64,000 nt of DNA from positions 96,001 through 160,000 of the forward strand of contig CAWETI010000003.1 of the NCBI GenBank assembly GCA_963812015.1. Reading direction: 5' to 3'. Shown piece after piece: positions 9,641 through 17,301 of the stretch. Under the pieces are notes generated by a model. It did no database searches and had not been told where the DNA came from. It was given only the letters and a program-made list of their open reading frames with translations. The position numbers and the translations under genes are program-made. Position 1 is the first letter of the stretch. Each line of letters opens with the position of its first letter. This stretch comes from an uncultured delta proteobacterium. Its GTDB lineage: Bacteria; Desulfobacterota; Desulfobaccia; Desulfobaccales; 0-14-0-80-60-11.

Positions 9641-10951
9641 ATGGGTCCACAACGTGTGGTTCAAGTTGAGGCGCTGGTCATCGGCGGCGGGATTGCCGGA
9701 TTGGAGGCGGCCCTGAACCTGGCCGAGCAAGATTTTGCCGTCGCCGTGGTGGAAAAGGATGCCTCCATCGGGGGCAAGATGATCCGGCTCTCCAAAGTCT
9801 TCCCCACCCTGGATTGCGCCAGCTGCATTACCACCCCGAAAATGGCGGCCGCGGCCCATCATCCCAATATTACCCTGTTTACCTACTGCGATCTCCACTC
9901 CCTGGAGCGGCAAGGGGACACCCTGGTGGCCGCGATCCGCCAAAAACCCCGGTATGTGGACGAAGGCAAGTGCATCGGCTGCCGGCAGTGCGAGTATGCC
10001 TGCCCAGTTCACGTCCCCGACGCCGACCAGGGGGGCTTTCTGGCCCGCAAGGCCATTTATATCCCTTTTTCCAATGCCATTCCGCCCATCGCCCTCCTGG
10101 ACGTGGAGCATTGCATGCTCTGCGGCCAATGCGAGAGGGTCTGTCCAACCCAAGCCGTCAATTATTTTCAGGAGCCGGAGGATTTTTTCATCACCGCCAA
10201 AACCGCCATCGTGGCCACCGGTTTTGAGCTGACCCCCCTTGCGAACAAGGTCCAGTACGGCCAGGGCAAGATCCCCAACGTGTTGACGGCCCTCCAGATG
10301 GAACGTCACCTGGCCCCCCATGGGCCCTATAACCGGGTGCTCAGGCCCTCTGACGGCAAGGAGCCGGATTCCGTGGCCTTCGTGCAGTGCGCCGGTTCCC
10401 GGGACCAGAGCCTGGGGGTGGCCTACTGTTCCCGGGTGTGCTGCATGTATGCCATCAAACAGGCCATGCTCCTGTCCGGGTCTTTGCCCCTGGCGGATAT
10501 CACCATCTACTACCTGGACATCCGGGCCTTTGGCAAAGGGTACGAGCAGTTCTTTCAGAACGCCCAGGCCATGGGCATTGCTTTCGTGAAGGGGAAAGTG
10601 GCTTTCCTCGACCCCGGCCCCGACGGCTCGGTGCTGCTGCATTACGAATCTCAGGAGGCCGACGGCGGCGTGAGTGTAGCCGAACATGATCTGGTGGTGC
10701 TGTCCCTGGGAATGTTACCGGGCTGGCAGCCGGCAAGTGTTTGCGCCCTGGGGACCGGGCCGGACCACTTCATTAAAACCGTGAAGCCCAAAATCGCCCC
10801 CACCTTAACCGACCTGGAAGGGGTGTTTGTGGCCGGCGCGGCGGCAGGGCCTAAAGATATCGTCGACAGCATTGTGGAAGCCGGGGCCGCGGCGATGGAA
10901 GCTTCCCGCTACCTGACCGGGGCAGGCCCGACCAAACGGGCGGTGGCGTGA
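9641..10951 (+). CDS. hdrA: Heterodisulfide reductase subunit A-like flavoprotein (short form)
   Basis: GGGIAG FAD motif, FPTLDCASC, inserted 2x[4Fe-4S] domain, CAGSR and CSRVCCMYAIK. Confidence 0.88.
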   Translation: MGPQRVVQVEALVIGGGIAGLEAALNLAEQDFAVAVVEKDASIGGKMIRLSKVFPTLDCASCITTPKMAAAAHHPNITLFTYCDLHSLERQGDTLVAAIRQKPRYVDEGKCIGCRQCEYACPVHVPDADQGGFLARKAIYIPFSNAIPPIALLDVEHCMLCGQCERVCPTQAVNYFQEPEDFFITAKTAIVATGFELTPLANKVQYGQGKIPNVLTALQMERHLAPHGPYNRVLRPSDGKEPDSVAFVQCAGSRDQSLGVAYCSRVCCMYAIKQAMLLSGSLPLADITIYYLDIRAFGKGYEQFFQNAQAMGIAFVKGKVAFLDPGPDGSVLLHYESQEADGGVSVAEHDLVVLSLGMLPGWQPASVCALGTGPDHFIKTVKPKIAPTLTDLEGVFVAGAAAGPKDIVDSIVEAGAAAMEASRYLTGAGPTKRAVA

Positions 10952-10973
10952 AGCCATGAGGGGAGATGCAGGC

Positions 10974-12914
10974 ATGGCGGCAGAAAAGCACCACTCCGCA
11001 ACCGCTCCGATTGCCAAAGTCGGGGTTTACGTCTGTTATTGCGGCGGCAACATCGGTGACCAGGTGGACGTGGAAAAAGTTTGTGAGCGGGTCCGAACCA
11101 TTCCCGGCGTGGTCGTGGCCCGATCCAACCAGTTCATGTGCTCCGATCCCGGCCAGGAACTGATTATGGAGGACCTCAAAAGCGGTCGGGTGGATCGGGT
11201 GGTGGTGGCGTCCTGCTCCCCCAGCCTGCATGAGGACACCTTCCGCCATACTCTGGCCCGGGCCGGCGCCAATCCCTATGTGTATGAGCATGCCAATCTG
11301 CGGGAACAGGTGAGTTGGGTGCATCACGGCGCGGCAGCCACCGACAAAGCCACCCGACTGGTGGCGGCGGCGGTGGGCAAGGCCAGAATGCTCCAGCCCC
11401 TGGAGCCGATCCGGGTGGAGGCCCGGCGGCACGCCACCGTTATCGGGGGAGGCGTGGCCGGCCTCAGAAATGCTCTGGATCTGGCGGAGCGCGGCATCCC
11501 GGTGGCTCTCCTGGAAAAAACCCCGTTTTTGGGAGGGCAAGCCGCCCAACTGGACCGGCTCGCCCCCTACGGCGCACGCGCCGCCGACCTGGTGAGCGAG
11601 CTTACCGCCGCGGTCCTGGGTCATCCCGACATCAGCGTGTATCATTGCGCCCAGGTGGAGGCTTTCGAGGGCTACATCGGCAATTTCACCCTCAGTGTGG
11701 TCCGCACCCCGCCCACCGCCCCGGCCGAGGCGGAAAGCCTGGCAAAGGTCAGCCTCTCCGGGAAAGGCCCGGGGGAGTTCATCCCCTTTGTGGGGGTGCT
11801 CCCGGCAGCCATTCCCCAAACCACCGAGGAGTTCGCCCTCAACACCGGCGTCATTGTCCTGGCCACCGGCTTCAAGACCTACCGGCCCCGCCGGGGTGAA
11901 TACGGTTTCGGGGACTTTCCGGAAGTGGTCACCCTGCCGGACCTCATCAGACTACTGGCCGAAGATGCCAAGCCCGGCGAGACCCTGGTTATTAACGGCC
12001 GCCCCATCAAACAGGTGGCGATGATCCACTGCGTCGGGAGCCGCCAGATTCCCGGCATCCACGAAGAGAATGAAGGCGGCTACCTGAACGAATATTGCTC
12101 CCGGGTCTGTTGCAGCGCCACGCTCCAGGCCGCCAATCTTATCCGGGAGACCTATCCCCGGACCAGGATATTCGACTTTTACCGGGATATCAGGACGTAT
12201 GGCCGGGGGCAAGAGGAGCTTTATACCCGGGCCGCCCAAAACAAGGTGCTGTTCTTCCGCTTTGAGGCTGATGCGCCTCCCCAGGTCAGGTCCACGGCCC
12301 AGGCCGCCGACCATCCCCTGGTGGTCAGCGTCCAAGACTCCTTGACCTTCGGCGAGGCAGTGGACGTGCCGGTGGATCTGGTGGTGCTGGCGGTGGGGAT
12401 GGAACCCAATGAGATCACCGACCTGGTGGGGCTGATGAAACTGCCGGTGGGGGCGGACCGTTTCCTCCAGGAAGTCCACCCGAAGTTGAGGCCGGTGGAG
12501 ATGTCCGTGGCCGGGATTTTGCTGGCCGGCACCTGTCAGGCCCCCTTTGACATCGGGGAGTCCTGTGCCGCCGCGTCCGGCGCCGCGGTCAAAGCCGCGG
12601 CGATCTTGACCCGGGGTCATGTGGAACTGGACCCCTTTGTGGCGGAAGTTGATCTGGACAGGTGCCGGGGGACCGGCGCTTGTGTTGCGGCCTGCCTGTC
12701 GGAAGGGGCTTTGTCCCTGGCCGAAATTGACGTGGACGGCCAAAAGGTGCAACGGGCCCAGGTCAATCCGGCCCTCTGTCTGGGTTGCGGCGCCTGTGTG
12801 GCGGTCTGTCCCGAAAATGCCATCAATATCAAAGGCTGGACCCTGAAGCAGTACGAGGCCATGGTGGACATGATCGTCTCGGATGCCTATTTCGGCGAAG
12901 CTGAGGCGGGATAA
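10974..12914 (+). CDS. hdrA: Heterodisulfide reductase subunit A-like flavoprotein (long form)
   Basis: N-terminal VYVCYCGGN/FMCS/SCSP domain, GGGVAG, CVGSR...CSRVCC, HPKLRPVE, C-terminal ferredoxin; start at 10974 (RBS GGGAG) or 10956. Confidence 0.88.
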   Translation: MAAEKHHSATAPIAKVGVYVCYCGGNIGDQVDVEKVCERVRTIPGVVVARSNQFMCSDPGQELIMEDLKSGRVDRVVVASCSPSLHEDTFRHTLARAGANPYVYEHANLREQVSWVHHGAAATDKATRLVAAAVGKARMLQPLEPIRVEARRHATVIGGGVAGLRNALDLAERGIPVALLEKTPFLGGQAAQLDRLAPYGARAADLVSELTAAVLGHPDISVYHCAQVEAFEGYIGNFTLSVVRTPPTAPAEAESLAKVSLSGKGPGEFIPFVGVLPAAIPQTTEEFALNTGVIVLATGFKTYRPRRGEYGFGDFPEVVTLPDLIRLLAEDAKPGETLVINGRPIKQVAMIHCVGSRQIPGIHEENEGGYLNEYCSRVCCSATLQAANLIRETYPRTRIFDFYRDIRTYGRGQEELYTRAAQNKVLFFRFEADAPPQVRSTAQAADHPLVVSVQDSLTFGEAVDVPVDLVVLAVGMEPNEITDLVGLMKLPVGADRFLQEVHPKLRPVEMSVAGILLAGTCQAPFDIGESCAAASGAAVKAAAILTRGHVELDPFVAEVDLDRCRGTGACVAACLSEGALSLAEIDVDGQKVQRAQVNPALCLGCGACVAVCPENAINIKGWTLKQYEAMVDMIVSDAYFGEAEAG

Positions 12915-12982
12915 GGCCATGGCCCGGGAAAACCGTTCCCGGGTCAAAATTAAGAAACTGACGGACCCCTAACCCTTGAGGT

Positions 12983-13321
12983 TTGATGATGCGTGACGCC
13001 CCGACTGATCAAGAGGATAGAAAAGCGGCGCTGAAGCAGCTCCGGGAGGCTCGCCGGGAAACCATCGCCGCAGCCACCCGCCGGGTTAAGGAGCAGAAAA
13101 AGGCCATCAGGGCCATCAAAGCCCAGTTATCCGGAGGCGATCTGACGGTGCCCGAACTGGCCGCGGCCACCGGCATGCCGATGTCCGAGGTGATGTGGTT
13201 CGTGGCCTCTCTAAAAAAATATGGAGCAGTCCTGGAGGGTCCCAAGGACGGGAGTTACTTTCGGTATCAGCTGGCCGATAGCGCCTCGGAAGAGGTGGAG
13301 CCGGCCAGCCCCGAATCGTGA
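12983..13321 (+). CDS. Coiled-coil plus winged-helix small protein
   Basis: Helical N-terminus followed by LTVPELAAATGMPMSEVMWFVASLKKYG wHTH; ATG alternatives at 12986/12989. Confidence 0.65.
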   Translation: MMMRDAPTDQEDRKAALKQLREARRETIAAATRRVKEQKKAIRAIKAQLSGGDLTVPELAAATGMPMSEVMWFVASLKKYGAVLEGPKDGSYFRYQLADSASEEVEPASPES

Positions 13322-13369
13322 CCTGGCCCGCCGCCGGCAACCCTGATCCGCCGATACCGAGGAGGCAGC

Positions 13370-13681
13370 ATGGCTTCCGTTGATCCACAATTTGCCGAAG
13401 AACTTGAGTTGTATGGGGTCGATACGGCTCTGGACTGCTTCAACTGCGGCACCTGTGCCGCGATCTGTCCCCTGCAATACGAGCATTTCCCCAGGAAAAT
13501 CATTCGCTACGTTCAACTGGGGGCCCGGGAGAAACTTCTCCAAAATGCCGAGGAACTCTGGCGCTGCCTGCATTGCGGGCTCTGCACCCAGACCTGTCCC
13601 CGGCAAGCCAATCCCGGCGAGCTGCTTTTGGGATTGCGCCGCTTTATGGTGGCCACTTGGAGGAGGACTGAAGATGTATAA
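13370..13681 (+). CDS. hdrC: HdrC-like 4Fe-4S dicluster protein
   Basis: CFNCGTCAAICP and LWRCLHCGLCTQTCP; RBS GGAGG. Confidence 0.85.
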   Translation: MASVDPQFAEELELYGVDTALDCFNCGTCAAICPLQYEHFPRKIIRYVQLGAREKLLQNAEELWRCLHCGLCTQTCPRQANPGELLLGLRRFMVATWRRTEDV

Positions 13682-14615
13682 CCCCCGGCACATCATCGAC
13701 CTGATTGCCATCAACGTCCGGAAAACCGGCAATCCTTTCGGGGTCCCGGCCGCCATGATTAACCAATGGTGGAAAGGCGTGCCCCAGGGGACCCGGCGGG
13801 AGGGCGACGCCCTGCTGTTTACCGGGCTGATGTACCAATCCATCCCTTATATTGAAAACACCACCCGCTATCTGGAGCGCTTTGAAGGGACGCCCTGGGC
13901 CGGTTATCTGAAATTCAGCAAGTATACCCGTTATGTGCCCAATTGGCTGGTGGGCTGGGCCTTTGTCTGCCTGACCTCCAGGGCCGAGCGCCGGAAATAT
14001 AACGGCATCGTGCAGGGTATTTACCGAATTTTGAAAAAGGCCCAGGTGGATTTCTTCTATCGGCCGGAACTCGATGGTTACAGCGGCATATTGCTCTACG
14101 ACCTGGGGGATCATCAGGGCTTTATCCGGCATGCCCGGGCAATGGCCAAGAACTTGAAGCTCCATGGGGTCAAGAAGATCATCACGGTGGACCCCCACAC
14201 CACCTATGCCTTGAAGGTGCTCTATCCCAAGTATGCGGGGGCAAGCTTTGAAGTGCAGACCTACTTTGAGTTAATTGACTTCAAGGCCGGCAACGGCCAT
14301 CCCCCCGTGGCGGTCCATGACCCGTGTTTCTACGGCCGCTATCTCGATTTGTCCGAAGTGCCCCTCAAGGTGCTCCATAACCTGGGGGTGGGCTGTGTGG
14401 AAGTTCGCCGGAGCGGCAATTTTACCCATTGCTGCGGCGGTCCGGCCGAGTCGGTGTCGCCGGCCCTCACCCGGGAGATCCTTGGGCACCGGGTCGAAGA
14501 ACTCAAGGCGACTGGGGCGCCCGTGGTGACTATGTGCCCTATTTGCCTGGCCAATCTCACCAAAGCCGGGGTCGAGGTGGAAGATCTTTCCAGTCTGATC
14601 GCCCGCTGCGCCTAA
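13674..14615 (+). CDS. HdrB/GlcF-type CCG-domain Fe-S protein (one intact CCG domain)
   Basis: TGNPFG, HDPCFYGR, CCGG, MCPICLANL; ATG 13674 after GGAGG overlaps the hdrC stop. Confidence 0.8.
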   Translation: MYNPRHIIDLIAINVRKTGNPFGVPAAMINQWWKGVPQGTRREGDALLFTGLMYQSIPYIENTTRYLERFEGTPWAGYLKFSKYTRYVPNWLVGWAFVCLTSRAERRKYNGIVQGIYRILKKAQVDFFYRPELDGYSGILLYDLGDHQGFIRHARAMAKNLKLHGVKKIITVDPHTTYALKVLYPKYAGASFEVQTYFELIDFKAGNGHPPVAVHDPCFYGRYLDLSEVPLKVLHNLGVGCVEVRRSGNFTHCCGGPAESVSPALTREILGHRVEELKATGAPVVTMCPICLANLTKAGVEVEDLSSLIARCA

Positions 14616-14722
14616 GCAGGTAAGTTATAAGGGGCCTCAACCGGCGAGAGCCCCCGGCTCCCTGAGGTTGCAGGCTTGATAGCTAAAGGCGCCACATCAT
14701 TTACCCTAAAAAGGAGAACAAC

Positions 14723-15091
14723 ATGGCAGACACGGAAAAAATCGTTTTGATTCTGACCCACGGCCCCGAAGACCCGGACCGGGCCACCATCCCCTTTGCT
14801 ATGGCCAATGCGGCCCTGGCTATGGAGGTGGAAGTAGTGGTAGCCCTGCAAGGCTCCGCAGTGCTGCTGGCCCAAAAGGGGAGCGCGGAACACATTTTTG
14901 CCCCCAATTTCCCGCCCCTGAAAGAATTGATCGAGAGTTTTTTCTCTCAAGGCGGCCAACTTTTAGTCTGCGTTCCCTGCCTCAAGGCCCGTAAGCTCGA
15001 GGAGTCGGACCTTATTGCGGGAGCCCAGGCCACCGCCGCGGGCCGGCTGATTAAAGAGATCTTGGAAGCCAAATCGACCCTGAACTACTAA
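14723..15091 (+). CDS. DsrE family sulfurtransferase/peroxiredoxin-like protein
   Basis: LTHGPEDPDRATIPF, LVCVPC; RBS AAGGAG. Confidence 0.8.
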   Translation: MADTEKIVLILTHGPEDPDRATIPFAMANAALAMEVEVVVALQGSAVLLAQKGSAEHIFAPNFPPLKELIESFFSQGGQLLVCVPCLKARKLEESDLIAGAQATAAGRLIKEILEAKSTLNY

Positions 15092-15122
15092 TGCCAGGTC
15101 GCCAACCAAAGACGATTTGCTT

Positions 15123-15182
15123 GTCGGGGCGGACCCATGGGTCCGCCCTGGATTGAGGGCGCACAGGCGGGTGCGCCCCTAC
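15123..15182. repeat. REP-like palindrome doublet
   Basis: GTCGGGGCGGACCCATGGGTCCGCCC ... GGGCGCACaggcggGTGCGCCCCTAC. Confidence 0.7.
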
Positions 15183-15251
15183 AATTCCACATTTTTCGAT
15201 TGCGACTTGGGATAAGAGGCGGCCAGGACGTAATCCGCTGGATCGCACCAG

Positions 15252-15384
15252 AGAAGCTATTTTAAAACCGGGGTATTGTGTCACCCTGAGCGCTCACGAA
15301 TGGCCTAGGTTATTGGAAAGAATAGATTCTTCGCTTCGCTCAGAATGACAAACTGGCGCAAAAAGATGTTTTGAAATAGGTTCT
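15252..15384. mobile_element. Putative MITE with 17-bp terminal inverted repeats enclosing a palindromic repeat
   Basis: AGAAGCTATTTTAAAAC versus revcomp AGAACCTATTTCAAAAC (15/17); internal TGTCACCCTGAGCG...CGCTCAGAATGACA; half-copy at 17011-17036. Confidence 0.5.
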
Positions 15385-15437
15385 AAACTTCTCGCTGGCA
15401 GGGACGGCGGCGCCCACAAGAAAGGGCTCGGTCCCCA

Positions 15438-16832
15438 TCAAACGGCGATTAACTTCTTCACGTCGATGCCGTATTTTTTCATGCGGTGCCACACGGTGAT
15501 CCGACTCACCCCGAGGAGGACCGCGGCCCTGGATTGATTGCCGCCGGTCTGGCGGAGAGCCGCGACCAGGGCCGTCTTTTCATCCGTTCCGGCGCTCCCC
15601 CGGCCCTCCTCCGGGATCTTTTGGAAGGATGCCGGGACGTTTACCGTGGGCGGGAGGTGTTCGGGATGGATGAGGCCTTTTTCCGCCAGGACGAAAGCAT
15701 ATTCCAGGACCCCTTTCAGTTCCCGGACATTGCCCGGCCAGGGGTGGTCCATGATGAGCCGCATGGCGCCGGGGGTTAAACCGGTTATGGGCTTGCCGCT
15801 CTTCTCCCGGAGCCGTCGGATAAAATGATTCACCAGCAGCGGCACGTCCTCCATGCGGTCCCGCAAGGGGGGCAGATGGATGGGGATGGCATTGATGCGG
15901 AAAAACAAGTCCTCCCGGAACTTCCCCCGGGACACCAGCGACTCCAGGTCTTGGTTGGTGGCCGAGATGATGCGCACATCCACCCTGATGGACCGCACAT
16001 CTCCCACCCGCTCGAACTGTTTGGTTTCCAAAACCCTGAGCAGTTTGACCTGGGTGGACAGGGGAATATCGCCGATTTCATCCAGAAAGATATCCCCGCG
16101 GTTCGCCGCCTCAAATCTTCCCTGGCGATGGCTGTAGGCCCCGGTAAAGGCCCCCTTGACGTGGCCGAAAAGCTCGCTCTCCAACAAGGCTTCATTCAGA
16201 GCCGCACAATTGAACTGGATGAAAGGTCCATCCCGCCGCTTGCCCAATTCATGGATGGCCAAAGCCACCAATTCTTTCCCGGTGCCGCTTTCGCCATAGA
16301 TGATTATGGGAGCGTCACTCTGGGCGGCTTTTTCGGTTAGTTCAAAAACTCGCCGCATAACGGCGGATTTTCCCACGATGCCATAAAATTCGTCCTCGTC
16401 CTCCAACAGCCGGGAGAGCTGCTGGATTTTCTGGTCCCGCTTGGTAATTTCCGAGATATCCGTGAGGGTTTCCACCGCCCCTAACACCTCGCCGGCCGCG
16501 TTCCGTAAAATGGAGGCGTTTTTCAAGACGTGCACATACGAGCCATCTTTGCGGATTAGCAGGCAAGGTTTCCGGGTGGCGGAACCCAAATCGAACAGGT
16601 CGCACCAGTGTCCCTTCCCCTCGGCCCGGGCGATTTCACAGGCATCGCAATGAATAAAACCGCAGGAGGCGCCGATGAGTTCGTCCCGGCTGTAGCCGAT
16701 CATTTCCTCGAAAGCCCGGTTGACCATCATGATGGTGCCGTCCGGGGCCACCACCACCAGACCATCATTCATGGTATTGATGATCTCTCGGCAATACCGA
16801 TACATCCCTTGTTCATCACATCCCTGGTTCAT
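15438..16832 (-). CDS. PAS-domain sigma54-dependent transcriptional activator (Fis-HTH)
   Basis: PAS with Cys cluster, GESGTGKE, GAFTGA, LFFRIN, WPGNVREL, C-terminal HTH. Confidence 0.93.
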   Translation of the reverse strand: MNQGCDEQGMYRYCREIINTMNDGLVVVAPDGTIMMVNRAFEEMIGYSRDELIGASCGFIHCDACEIARAEGKGHWCDLFDLGSATRKPCLLIRKDGSYVHVLKNASILRNAAGEVLGAVETLTDISEITKRDQKIQQLSRLLEDEDEFYGIVGKSAVMRRVFELTEKAAQSDAPIIIYGESGTGKELVALAIHELGKRRDGPFIQFNCAALNEALLESELFGHVKGAFTGAYSHRQGRFEAANRGDIFLDEIGDIPLSTQVKLLRVLETKQFERVGDVRSIRVDVRIISATNQDLESLVSRGKFREDLFFRINAIPIHLPPLRDRMEDVPLLVNHFIRRLREKSGKPITGLTPGAMRLIMDHPWPGNVRELKGVLEYAFVLAEKGLIHPEHLPPTVNVPASFQKIPEEGRGSAGTDEKTALVAALRQTGGNQSRAAVLLGVSRITVWHRMKKYGIDVKKLIAV

Positions 16833-17126
16833 CCTGGCCTACCCCGGTGACTGTTTTAATAACTGTTTTAACATAAATCATAAGCCACCCCAGGCCCGAT
16901 TGCCAGCGAATATTCCCTCTTGGAGGGGAATATCAGGGGAAGTTACCCTACCACTTGCTCAATGAAAACTGCTTAGGAGGCCCAGGATCGCAACTCATTG
17001 AACATACAAGGTGCTTCGTTTTGCTCAGGATGACATTTTAGGGGCAATTGAGGTTTTGAGAGTGCGGCTGGGAAAAATTAGACGGGAAAATGTCCCGACT
17101 CTCGGACTGCATCACCGGAGCGGGAG

Positions 17127-17158
17127 AAAATTAAAGGGCGGAGTGATATACTCCGCCC
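17127..17158 (-). terminator. Intrinsic terminator downstream of the aldo/keto reductase
   Basis: Minus strand GGGCGGAGT-atatc-ACTCCGCCC-TTTAATTTT. Confidence 0.55.
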
Positions 17159-17301
17159 ATACCCTGCTTACCGAAAGCAAAATACCTCGGTCCCCGAACC
17201 TGGGGTCCCCATCTCTCCGGTCCAACCGCCCTTTTATAAAAGTTATAAAAGGGGGAATTTAAAACCCCGCCGAAAATATCGCTCAGTTACGCCACCACGT
17301 A

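Noticed and set aside
12919..12972. 17-codon ORF MARENRSRVKIKKLTDP between hdrA' and the wHTH gene
   Set aside because: Poorly spaced RBS, and it coincides with a CCCGGGAA/TTCCCGGG hairpin; no support for translation.
13380..13673. Apparent 411-aa ORF overlapping hdrC, suggesting a frameshifted HdrC-CCG fusion
   Set aside because: The CCG gene has its own GGAGG and ATG at 13674 overlapping the hdrC stop, which is ordinary translational coupling.
9151..14615. Selenocysteine recoding in MvhD/HdrA
   Set aside because: The reading frames are open, with Cys codons at the relevant motifs and no in-frame TGA.
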